DNA of 64,000 nucleotides from Candidatus Falkowbacteria bacterium GW2011_GWF2_43_32 (GTDB lineage: Bacteria > Patescibacteriota > Patescibacteriia > Patescibacteriales > UBA12465). The notes under the pieces were generated by a model. It saw nothing but the letters and a program-made list of their open reading frames with translations. It did not search any database and was not told where the DNA came from. The first letter of the stretch is position 1. Each line of letters starts with the position of its first letter. Shown here in pieces: positions 24,568 to 33,372 of the stretch. The stretch is from the NCBI GenBank assembly GCA_000999715.1, contig LCGL01000003.1, forward strand, positions 26,942-90,941, in the 5' to 3' direction. The position numbers and the translations under genes are program-made.

Positions 24568-26583
24568 TTAATAAAAATTCTTTAAGCCGACCAGTATCTC
24601 CGGATAATCGGCGCCATCCACTTTTCCGACCGTCACTTTGATACCGCCGTGATAATCGGCGTTATAGGCAAAAAAGCTGGACAAAGCGCGACCGGACGCC
24701 GTAAAAACGCGTACTTGCGGACCACCGCCGGATAAAGGACCGGTGACGATTTCCGCGTAACCGTCGCCGTTAAGATCGCCGACCGCCACGCTCACTCCGC
24801 CGCGAAACTTGTCATCGTAAGCCAGAAAACTATTTTCCAGGGCACCCGATAAAGAAAAAACTTTAATCAAAGCCTGTTCACCTTTGCCCGGAGCGGTGAC
24901 GATTTCGTCTTGTCCGTCTCCGTCCACGTCGCCCAAAGCGACATTGACGCCGCAACGCAAGCTTTTGTCATAGGCGAAAAAACTGCCTTCCAACTTGCCG
25001 TCAAAACTGAAAATCATCACTTGCGGACCGCCACCGACGCCGGCGCCGACAATAATTTTACGGAAATAACCGTCTTCAATCCGCGCCGCCAAACTTAATT
25101 GTTTTTTGTATAATTGGTTGTAAGGATTAAAACTGGAAAGTTGAGCGCCATTTTGATATAAACTGACTCGGCCGGCGGCGGCACTAAGATCAACCGATCG
25201 TTCGCCATTTTCGCCGGAAGTCGTGATTACTTCGGCTTCACCGGGATAATTGTTTAAATAGGAAAAGAAACCGTTACGCGTTTGCTGACCGCGGGAATTA
25301 AAGACTCGATAAAAATAGCCGTTGGAAAAAGGCGCATTTTTGATAGTATCGCCGGTTTTCAATAAAACCAAACCGTCTTCGGGCGCCAATTGAATGTAAT
25401 TTATTTTTTGTCCGTTATTGACGATTTTATCTTGCGTGCCTTTTATTTTTTCAAATTCTTCTTTGTCAAAAACGTAGGTTTGTTTTTTGCTGGTGGAGTT
25501 GACGATGGCAACGCCATTTTTAAAATCGCGACGCCAGAGTCCCGGCTGAGCCGTCCGATTGGACACGGCCAAGAGATTATAGGCCAAAGATTGCGGCGCA
25601 CCCAAATCAACATCATATTCGTCATACCACCAAGTTTGTCCGTGATCGGTGACGTCATAATCAAACCCGTAAAAACCGTCGCCCAAAAGGGCGCTGGTCA
25701 AGCCAAACCGGAAATGACGATAATCTTGCCGATTCTTATCGGAAACATTGATAACCGAAACCGACGGGGTGGCCGATAAAGACGGCAGACGCCAATAAGT
25801 ATCGATAGAGCCCGCCCATTGACCGTTACTTTCCCAGGAAGAAGGAAAACTTTCCAACATCATACCGTTCCAAAGCAAACGATAACCCTCATAAACCGTA
25901 CCGTTACCGACAATGATAAAATCGTTGCCGGCCAGGGCGCGAGTTTTGGCCAACATTTTTTTAACGCCTTCGGACCAGAGACGATCCGCTTCGGCCGCAG
26001 TCTCCCGGCGTCCGTCGTTATTAAAATCAAAATCGCCGTTGTTTAGCCAAGAAATGTTGCCCCAAATGTTGTCATAAAATACCCCATCCCACAAACCGCT
26101 GGCCTGAAGATGATTGACGACAAATTCCGGCAAATAATCGTTAAAGCGATAACCGCGATAGTCGGTTTCGGCCGCATCGGAAAGATTAAGCATGGTCGTA
26201 TTCGGCCAAACGGAAACTCCCCGTCCGCTCGTATCTTTCAGCCACCAACCGTCAATAATATTTTTCTTCAACTCCTGACGCAAATAACCGTTATCATAAT
26301 ATTCCACGCCGTTCAACATTTCTTGAGAAGAAACATAGGCCAGAATAATAATTTGCGGATTTAAAGCGCGAATTTTGGCTAATTGGGGACGACTGTTCTC
26401 CTGAACATCCATGTCCAAAATCAATAGATTCCACTTGGCCAATTCTCGCGCTTCGGCGTCGCTAATTTCCCATTTCAAAAAATAATTGGCCAAACGCGGA
26501 TAAACTGTCGGCAAATTCGCCGCCCGCGCCGTCGCGGGCCAAGATATGATGATGATAAAAAATAAAAGTAATAGCTTTTTCAT
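24568..26583 (-). CDS. Secreted protein: glycoside-hydrolase-like TIM-barrel-type N-domain + C-terminal FG-GAP/VCBS repeats
   Basis: 671 aa; signal peptide ..WPATARAAN; repeats GDVDGDGQDEIVTAPG / GDLNGDGYAEIVTGP / GKVDGADYPEILVG are FG-GAP-like; N-domain call is tentative. Confidence 0.6.
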   Translation of the reverse strand: MKKLLLLFFIIIISWPATARAANLPTVYPRLANYFLKWEISDAEARELAKWNLLILDMDVQENSRPQLAKIRALNPQIIILAYVSSQEMLNGVEYYDNGYLRQELKKNIIDGWWLKDTSGRGVSVWPNTTMLNLSDAAETDYRGYRFNDYLPEFVVNHLQASGLWDGVFYDNIWGNISWLNNGDFDFNNDGRRETAAEADRLWSEGVKKMLAKTRALAGNDFIIVGNGTVYEGYRLLWNGMMLESFPSSWESNGQWAGSIDTYWRLPSLSATPSVSVINVSDKNRQDYRHFRFGLTSALLGDGFYGFDYDVTDHGQTWWYDEYDVDLGAPQSLAYNLLAVSNRTAQPGLWRRDFKNGVAIVNSTSKKQTYVFDKEEFEKIKGTQDKIVNNGQKINYIQLAPEDGLVLLKTGDTIKNAPFSNGYFYRVFNSRGQQTRNGFFSYLNNYPGEAEVITTSGENGERSVDLSAAAGRVSLYQNGAQLSSFNPYNQLYKKQLSLAARIEDGYFRKIIVGAGVGGGPQVMIFSFDGKLEGSFFAYDKSLRCGVNVALGDVDGDGQDEIVTAPGKGEQALIKVFSLSGALENSFLAYDDKFRGGVSVAVGDLNGDGYAEIVTGPLSGGGPQVRVFTASGRALSSFFAYNADYHGGIKVTVGKVDGADYPEILVGLKNFY

Positions 26584-26633
26584 GACATTTTCGGGTTAAC
26601 TCTAATCTGAATGTTTAATCCTTATTATTATCA

Positions 26634-27902
26634 TTATTTTTGCTCTTTGTCAATTGGTTTCAAAACTTTCATGCCGCGCGGCAAATAAGGACGGAGGATT
26701 TTGGGAATAACCACCGAACCGTCCGCTTGCTGATTTTGTTCCAAAATGGCCGGTAATAAACGACTGGTAGCCAGACCGGAGCCGTTGAGAGTGCACACCA
26801 AGCCATTCTGACCGGTTTCTTTGTTTTTATAACGAATATTGCCGCGTCGCGCCTGATATTCCAAAGCGTTGGAAACACTGCTCACTTCTTTATAAATACC
26901 CATGCTCGGAATATAAACTTCCAAATCATAAGTTTTGGCCATCGCGGCACTGCAGTCGCCGGCCGCCAATTTTGACACCTGAAAATGCAAATCCAGACTT
27001 TCCATCAATTTTTTGGTATTGGCCACCATTTCCGCAAACATTTCCCAGGATTTTTCCGGATGAGACAAAATGAACATTTCAATTTTGTTGAATTGATGTC
27101 CCCTGATCATTCCCCGCTCTTCTTGGCGATAACTGCCGGCCTCCCGTCGGAAACAAGGCGAATAAGCAAAATACTTCAAAGGCAATTGTTGTTCGTCCAA
27201 GATTTCTCCGCGATGATAATTGCCGAGCATCATTTCGCTGGTGGCGTTCAAACAAAGCTTATCCTGCGTCCAAAATAAATCATCGCGAAATTTCGGCAGA
27301 TGTCCGGAAATATAAGCCGATTGTTCCGTCAACATAAACGGCGGAATTAAAAATTGATAACCGTTTCTGTTGTGAAAATTGATAAAATGAGACAACAGCG
27401 CCCACTCCATCAAAGCGCCGATATTTTTATAACACCAAAAACCGTTGCCGGACATCTTAACGCCTCGTTCATAGTCCACCACTCCGAGAGCAGTCGCCAA
27501 TTCAACGTGATTTCGGGGAGTAAAATCAAATTTCGGTTTCTTGCCGTAAGTGTAGATAACTTCGTTATTTTCTTTATCGCCGGCGACAACGTCGGGAGCG
27601 GGAATATTCGGCAACTCGGACAGACGCGCCTGCAATTCTGCTTCTGTCTCCGCCAAAGCGCCATCCAACTTCGTTATTTCCGCGCCGACCGCTTTCATCG
27701 TCGTGATTACTTCCGCCGTCGGTTTGGTTTTGGAATACTTATTGCGCTCGGCTTTCAATTCTTCCGTCGCTTTGGTAAGACGACGACGTTCATCGTCCAA
27801 AGCGATAATTTTCTCCAAATCCAATTTTTCCGGCGCCAGTCTTTTTAACAAGCCCTCTTTGACTTCTGCCAAATTGTCTCGGATGAACTTAATGTCCAAC
27901 AT
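26634..27902 (-). CDS. serS: Serine--tRNA ligase
   Basis: 422 aa; N-terminal coiled-coil arm and class II core (FRREAGS.., GSGLATSRLL). Confidence 0.93.
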   Translation of the reverse strand: MLDIKFIRDNLAEVKEGLLKRLAPEKLDLEKIIALDDERRRLTKATEELKAERNKYSKTKPTAEVITTMKAVGAEITKLDGALAETEAELQARLSELPNIPAPDVVAGDKENNEVIYTYGKKPKFDFTPRNHVELATALGVVDYERGVKMSGNGFWCYKNIGALMEWALLSHFINFHNRNGYQFLIPPFMLTEQSAYISGHLPKFRDDLFWTQDKLCLNATSEMMLGNYHRGEILDEQQLPLKYFAYSPCFRREAGSYRQEERGMIRGHQFNKIEMFILSHPEKSWEMFAEMVANTKKLMESLDLHFQVSKLAAGDCSAAMAKTYDLEVYIPSMGIYKEVSSVSNALEYQARRGNIRYKNKETGQNGLVCTLNGSGLATSRLLPAILEQNQQADGSVVIPKILRPYLPRGMKVLKPIDKEQK

Positions 27903-27919
27903 ATTATTATGCTTAACGA

Positions 27920-29596
27920 TTAATTAACTAATTCGCCGCCGAAAGCTTTCAACAGATTATTGACCAAACCGGGAGTCGCCTGACTGTCATTCTTGACGAC
28001 CGCAGCCTCCGTCTCCTCTTTTTCCGTTATCGCAATCTTTTCCTCTTTTTTAATTTCTAAATTCTCATCAATCTCCGAATGAAACATCAAACCGTCGCCA
28101 TAGACTTCCGCCAAAGTATTTTCCACAATACTTTTGATGCCGGCATCGTTAATCCGATCCTGATGAAATTTATATTTGAAGACCAAACAGATTTGCCCGC
28201 CGTTAACGGAACGCGGTTCGCAGTTTTGCATGATAAAAGACAAAGAATGATTGTGTTTTTTGATTTTGACCAGAAATTCCGGCCACTTGGAAGCCAATTC
28301 TTCCGCCGACAAATTAACGACCGTGGCATTTTTTTTGACCGCGCCGACCTTGACGACGTCCGGCCGGGCATTTTGTGCGGCCAAAGGAGCGGGCGCGGGC
28401 CGATCTTTAATTAAAGGACTATTGGGCGCCACTTCTTTCAATCGATTGACGACGGACGAACCAGCAGTCGGTGCAGACGGACCGGACAAACCGGTCGCCG
28501 GCAAACCGAAACATAATTCCACAACTGCCAATTCCAACGGCAATTGCGGAATCAAAGGATTTTTATTGTCCGAGGACGCTTCCAAAAATCGACGAGTAAA
28601 AAGAGTCAGCTGTTCCCATTTCAAAGTGTCGGCCGCTTGACTCAAGCGTTTTTCCAGACTTTCTCCGAAATCCAAACCCAAATTATCGGCCAATTCCGGG
28701 CTGAGCTTATTTAACATCACCTTGCGCAATATACTGATAATTTCTCCGGTAAAAACTTTAACGTTGACGCCGCTATCGGTCAAATTGTTTATCAAAGCAA
28801 TCGCCTTAGCCGCGTCTTTCCGACTCAAATGATCCAACAGATCCACCGCTTCGTTGCTGTTATAATGCGGAATGACCAATTCGGCTTGTTCGGTGGTAAT
28901 TTTTTTGTCGCCGAGAGAAAAAATTTGCCCCAACAAACTTTCGGCGTCGCGCAAATGCCCGCCGGAACGACGAGCGACCGCTTCCAAAACTTCCTGATCA
29001 ATTTCCATTTTTTCCTGAACGGAAATGTAAGATAATTTTTTGACGATTTCATTTATGCTGATGCGCTTGAAGTCAAAACGTTCACAACGGGAAATAATGG
29101 TCCCCGGCACCTTCTGCACTTCCGTGGTACATAAAACAAATATTACATAAGACGGCGGTTCTTCTATGATCTTCAGCAAGGCGTTAAACGCCGACAAAGA
29201 TAACATGTGCACTTCATCAATGATAAAAACTTTAAATTTCGCTCCGGACGGCGTCAAGCGGGAAAAAGCGATGATATTTTCCCGCACGTTGTCTACGCCG
29301 GTATTGGACGCGGCGTCAATTTCCACGATATCCATATGTCGTCCCGCGGTAATGCTCCGACAACTGGCGCATTTATTGCACGGCTCATACTCGCCGTCTT
29401 TCTTGTTTTCGCAATTGACAGCTTTGGCGAGCACCCGAGCCAAAGTGGTTTTACCGACCGCCCGCGGACCGCAAAACAAATAAGCGTTGGCCAGGCGGCC
29501 GGCGCTGATTTCATTTTGTACGGTTATTTTAATGTGATTCTGTCCGAGGACTTCGGAAAAATTCTGAGGACGATAATCACGATATAAAGTGGACAT
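27920..29596 (-). CDS. dnaX: DNA polymerase III subunit gamma/tau
   Basis: 558 aa; GPRAVGKTTLARVLAKAVNC Walker A, zinc module CNKCASC, IIDEVHML. Confidence 0.93.
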   Translation of the reverse strand: MSTLYRDYRPQNFSEVLGQNHIKITVQNEISAGRLANAYLFCGPRAVGKTTLARVLAKAVNCENKKDGEYEPCNKCASCRSITAGRHMDIVEIDAASNTGVDNVRENIIAFSRLTPSGAKFKVFIIDEVHMLSLSAFNALLKIIEEPPSYVIFVLCTTEVQKVPGTIISRCERFDFKRISINEIVKKLSYISVQEKMEIDQEVLEAVARRSGGHLRDAESLLGQIFSLGDKKITTEQAELVIPHYNSNEAVDLLDHLSRKDAAKAIALINNLTDSGVNVKVFTGEIISILRKVMLNKLSPELADNLGLDFGESLEKRLSQAADTLKWEQLTLFTRRFLEASSDNKNPLIPQLPLELAVVELCFGLPATGLSGPSAPTAGSSVVNRLKEVAPNSPLIKDRPAPAPLAAQNARPDVVKVGAVKKNATVVNLSAEELASKWPEFLVKIKKHNHSLSFIMQNCEPRSVNGGQICLVFKYKFHQDRINDAGIKSIVENTLAEVYGDGLMFHSEIDENLEIKKEEKIAITEKEETEAAVVKNDSQATPGLVNNLLKAFGGELVN

Positions 29597-29635
29597 AAGA
29601 AAATAAAAAATTGAATTTATAAAATGGAGCGAAAC

Positions 29636-32125
29636 CTACTTCGTTCCCAAGCCCGACCGACGGCTGATTTCCGCTTCCACCAAGCGAACATCCTGGCCAT
29701 ATTTCAAACGACTTAAAGAGCGAACTTTTTCTGCCAAACCCGGACGCTTGACGCCTAACAATGGCCAGGCGGTCTTTAAAGAGAAAGGCCGAGTAGCGCT
29801 ATTGTCAACCAATAATTTTATATAAGCCGTGCCCTTATCGATGTTAATCAAATCGTATTCGTTGAAAACCGGCGCGAACTCTTTAACCAAAAATTCGGCG
29901 TCTTCCGAGCCGATTTTAAAAGTCACCATTGTGCCAACGTTGCCGAAAACCGCATCTTTAATCTCCGTATTTTGTCCTTTGCTCAACTGACCGATATATT
30001 GATGGGCGATTACCAAATTCAACGCATATTTTCTCGCTTCCGATAATATCTGACAAATGGAATTGGTGGTAAAATTTTGAAACTCGTCGATATACAAATA
30101 AAAATCTTTACGCTGTTCGCTCGGCATATCCGTCCGACTCAAGGCGGCCATCAAAATTTTGCCGACCAAAATCATACCCAACAAATAAGCGTTCATTTCG
30201 CCGACCAGGCCTTTGGGCAAATCGATCAACAATATTTTCTGACGATCCATCACTTCGCGCAAATTAAAAGCGCTTTTCTGTTGACCGATGATCGACCGCA
30301 TCATATCGTTGGAAATAAAGGACGTCAACTTGGAAGTGATGTAAGGCACAATATTCGCCAAGGCCGCTTCGCCGCCGGCTTTTTCCGCTTCCTTTCTCCA
30401 AAAATCCACGACGGTTTGATTTTTACAACGACTTAATTTCAAGCGACGAAAATTTTCATCCGCCAAAACTTTGGGAATTTCCATTAAGGTGGAGCCTGAT
30501 TCCGGATCATCCATAATCAAAAGCATCGCGTTTCTCATATACTGCTCAAACATCGGTCCGCCGGTGGCTTTCAAGTCATATAATTTATCAAAGATGCCGA
30601 TCATTTCATTGATGACAAAACTTTTCTGTTCCGGATAGCGCGGATCATAATCCAATAAATTAAGCGACAAGGGGCGCTCCAGGTCTCCGGGAGAAAAAAT
30701 GATCACGTCTTCGGCGCGTTCCGGCGGCAAACGATCTAAAATATCGGCGATCAAATCGCCATGCGGATCAAGCACGCAAACACCTTCCCCGTTTTGAATA
30801 TCCTGAATGGCCATATTGGCCAACAAAACCGATTTACCCGTACCGGATTTACCGATGATATAAGTGTGCCGGCGTCGATCCGGTCGCTTCATGCGAATAT
30901 CTTGCTTGACGCCGCGATAAACATTTTCGCCGAGCGTAATGCCTTCATTCGGAATATTGTTGGGCGCCGGAGCAATCTTGGCCGTTAACCAAACGATATT
31001 CGGAGTCTCCGTGGTTTTTAAAGGAAAATGAAAAACACTGGCCAGCTCTTCGCTGTTTAACAAAAATCCGTATCGACCGCGAAAATAACGATAAATGAAA
31101 TCTTTAACCGTTCTGTCCGAATGTTTCTTGTCCGGACGGGAAAAAACATTGCCGTAACTGAAATTACTGTACTCGCTGAAAGCGCTGCCCAAATTTTCCA
31201 GATAAACATTGGCCTGTTCCCTGTTTTTGGCGCAAGCGATAATCCGTAAATTGACATCCAGTCCCGCCTTCAAATTTTTCTCTTCAATCGCCTTGACCAT
31301 TTCCTCCTCCACCGCCGACAATTTTTTCGGTGCCGAAGCGACTTCTTGATTGGCGGCAGTTTGCTCTTTTTTGGGACTGACCCAGAAATCACCGGCAAAA
31401 CTCAGCAAACTCCCCAAAGAACTGGCGGCTCTCAAACCGTCTTTAACGGAATTCTTCTGATGGATTTTGGCCACCGTTCGGCGCACTTTGGCGTGCCAAG
31501 CGGCTCGAGCGCTCCGCACGGTATACTGAATGGCCACACTTTCATCCTTGCCTAATTTTGACAAAATATTCACCAAAGAATTCATCGGATCAACCTCCAT
31601 TTTCTGATAAGTTTTGATGGGAAACAAAAAATCTTTACTGGTGCGCAAATAAGCGGCCGCAATCTGCCCCTGCAAACTGAAAGAATTGTAATCTTCCACT
31701 TCTTCGATCACCGCCTCCGGATAATGCGCATGAATCTGTTGTTCCAAATAACGAGCCTCGTCTTTGGGCGCCACGACATAAAAAGAGATGCGATTATGAC
31801 TGGCCACCACTTCAAAAGAAAATTGATCGTTGCGGCCATATAGCCAAGACTCGAAACCGCGTTGTGCCTTTAAACCGCCGACAGCGGCAAAAATTGTTTC
31901 TCCCTTGGCAATTTCTTCTTTAAGTTGTTGGCTGGAGCTCTCTTTCTTGTCGTCGGCCGGCTTTTCTTTGGGCAAGCGCACCAAAAAAACTTGATGACGA
32001 TAATAACGACGGCCGGAAAAAACCCAACGAATAATTTGTAAAATCAACACCACTAAAAACGCCAGGCCGATTGCGCCTAAAAAATACTGTAAAAATTCTT
32101 CAAAATTAAACGAAAAAAAATCCAT
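29636..32125 (-). CDS. Membrane-anchored FtsK/HerA-superfamily ATPase, VirD4/TraD (type IV coupling protein)-like
   Basis: 829 aa; N-terminal TM; Walker A IIGKSGTGKS, Walker B FYLYIDEFQNF, HQY..L motif; long N-terminal domain of unknown function. Confidence 0.7.
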   Translation of the reverse strand: MDFFSFNFEEFLQYFLGAIGLAFLVVLILQIIRWVFSGRRYYRHQVFLVRLPKEKPADDKKESSSQQLKEEIAKGETIFAAVGGLKAQRGFESWLYGRNDQFSFEVVASHNRISFYVVAPKDEARYLEQQIHAHYPEAVIEEVEDYNSFSLQGQIAAAYLRTSKDFLFPIKTYQKMEVDPMNSLVNILSKLGKDESVAIQYTVRSARAAWHAKVRRTVAKIHQKNSVKDGLRAASSLGSLLSFAGDFWVSPKKEQTAANQEVASAPKKLSAVEEEMVKAIEEKNLKAGLDVNLRIIACAKNREQANVYLENLGSAFSEYSNFSYGNVFSRPDKKHSDRTVKDFIYRYFRGRYGFLLNSEELASVFHFPLKTTETPNIVWLTAKIAPAPNNIPNEGITLGENVYRGVKQDIRMKRPDRRRHTYIIGKSGTGKSVLLANMAIQDIQNGEGVCVLDPHGDLIADILDRLPPERAEDVIIFSPGDLERPLSLNLLDYDPRYPEQKSFVINEMIGIFDKLYDLKATGGPMFEQYMRNAMLLIMDDPESGSTLMEIPKVLADENFRRLKLSRCKNQTVVDFWRKEAEKAGGEAALANIVPYITSKLTSFISNDMMRSIIGQQKSAFNLREVMDRQKILLIDLPKGLVGEMNAYLLGMILVGKILMAALSRTDMPSEQRKDFYLYIDEFQNFTTNSICQILSEARKYALNLVIAHQYIGQLSKGQNTEIKDAVFGNVGTMVTFKIGSEDAEFLVKEFAPVFNEYDLINIDKGTAYIKLLVDNSATRPFSLKTAWPLLGVKRPGLAEKVRSLSRLKYGQDVRLVEAEISRRSGLGTK

Positions 32126-32142
32126 GATATTAATTTTAACGC

Positions 32143-32628
32143 TTAAAATTTATCTTTTATCTTAATAATTTTATCGGTTTTAATTTTGGCCTCTTGTTCC
32201 AAGAAAAATTTATTGATACCCGGAATAATGCTCAACCAGCGCTTGATCAGTTCGATAATTTTGTTGACTTTTATTTTGGTCTGACTCAAAAGCAAATTTA
32301 TTTTTGCGGCGGTCTCTTCGCCCTGCTTTTTAAATTTCTGTTGTTCCGCCGGCTTCATTTTTAAAAAAACTTCGCTCAAACCTTCGGCCAAAATATTATC
32401 AATCGCCAATTCTCGCCGTTTTTGAAAACTCGGCATAACCGAAGCGCTCACAATCCCGCCGTCTCCGTTCGGATGGCTCTTTTCGCTAAAGGTAACTTTA
32501 TCCGGCGTCTGACGCCAAGACGGTAAAGCGCGTTCTGCTAAAGTTTCGGCGGTCGTCGACTTGTTTTCGACCGAAACCGGGGCGATTTTCTCAATCTGCG
32601 GTTGTTCAATTGTCTTTTCCTGAGCCAT
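32143..32628 (-). CDS. Hypothetical protein upstream of the T4CP-like ATPase
   Basis: 161 aa; no motif recognised; 17 nt before the ATPase start, 8 nt after the ferredoxin stop. Confidence 0.55.
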   Translation of the reverse strand: MAQEKTIEQPQIEKIAPVSVENKSTTAETLAERALPSWRQTPDKVTFSEKSHPNGDGGIVSASVMPSFQKRRELAIDNILAEGLSEVFLKMKPAEQQKFKKQGEETAAKINLLLSQTKIKVNKIIELIKRWLSIIPGINKFFLEQEAKIKTDKIIKIKDKF

Positions 32629-32636
32629 AATATGAA

Positions 32637-32810
32637 TTATTTAACGCTAATCGCTCCCACCGGACAACTGCCGGCCGCATCTTTAACGCAAGGTAAGGAC
32701 TTGTTTTTAATCACTTCGGCTTTGCCGTCGGCGCCAATTTTAAAAACTTCCGGACATAATCCGGCGCACATTCCGCAACCGATACACTTATTTTTATTCA
32801 CTTTTATCAT
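32637..32810 (-). CDS. Small single-cluster [4Fe-4S] ferredoxin (57 aa; missed by the ORF track)
   Basis: Manual translation MIKVNKNKCIGCGMCAGLCPEVFKIGADGKAEVIKNKSLPCVKDAAGSCPVGAISVK; CxxCxxC..CP pattern as in Thermotoga/Pyrococcus-type ferredoxins. Confidence 0.85.
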   Translation of the reverse strand: MIKVNKNKCIGCGMCAGLCPEVFKIGADGKAEVIKNKSLPCVKDAAGSCPVGAISVK

Positions 32811-32903
32811 AAAATATACCTTAATTTTTTAAAGTTTTTTCTGCCTTCATTATATCACATTTTTAAAAAAATAAAACCATTATTTTTCGCTTATTTTCCC
32901 ATA

Positions 32904-32932
32904 TTGACAACTCCCGGTCCTTTTGTTATATT
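32904..32932 (+). promoter_or_regulatory. Sigma70-type promoter (extended -10) for rpmA
   Basis: TTGACA (32904-32909) - 17 nt - TATATT (32927-32932), TGT upstream of -10. Confidence 0.6.
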
Positions 32933-33002
32933 AGAACAATAAAACTTTAAATAACCTCCAAAATACTGGCCTTTCGGTTAGCATTTTAGGTTGAATAAAA
33001 AT

Positions 33003-33305
33003 ATGGCACATAAGAAAGCCGCCGGGTCAACCTCCCTGGGCCGCGAATCAGAGAGCAAACGATTGGGCGTTAAATTGGCCGACGGTCAGTGGGCTAAAGC
33101 CGGCGCAATTATTATCAGACAACGCGGCACCAAATATCATCCTGGTTTGAACGTCAAAAAAGGTAAAGACGATACTTTATTCGCTTTACGCGGCGGTTTT
33201 GTAAAATTCACCAGTAAAAAATTAAGAAAATATGACGGTTCGCTGAAGGATTCTAAAATCGTCAATATTATTTTAAAGCCGATCGCGACTAAAACCGCAA
33301 AATAA
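33003..33305 (+). CDS. rpmA: 50S ribosomal protein L27
   Basis: [37 protein letters not shown]; start moved to MAHKK (track ORF starts 32991). Confidence 0.92.
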   Translation: MAHKKAAGSTSLGRESESKRLGVKLADGQWAKAGAIIIRQRGTKYHPGLNVKKGKDDTLFALRGGFVKFTSKKLRKYDGSLKDSKIVNIILKPIATKTAK

Positions 33306-33317
33306 ATCAACCTGATC

Positions 33318-33349
33318 AAAACAGCCTTCCCTGCGGAAGGCTGTTTTTT
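33318..33349 (+). terminator. Rho-independent terminator for rpmA
   Basis: Stem AACAGCCTTCC/GGAAGGCTGTT, loop CTGC, T-run 33344-33349. Confidence 0.85.
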
Positions 33350-33372
33350 GATGTGTTAAAAAAAATCTGACT

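Noticed and set aside
28030-28050. An A-rich heptamer (ATT AAA AAA GAG on the minus strand) in dnaX, considered as a possible gamma/tau programmed frameshift site.
   Set aside because: It lies about 40 codons from the C-terminus, so it would not produce a gamma-like truncation. It is also not in the X XXY YYZ register of the E. coli A AAA AAG site.
32602-32832. Plus-strand 76-aa ORF in the track between the 161-aa hypothetical gene and rpmA.
   Set aside because: The opposite strand of the same interval encodes a textbook 57-aa 4Fe-4S ferredoxin (32637-32810) in operon context, so the plus-strand ORF is its shadow.
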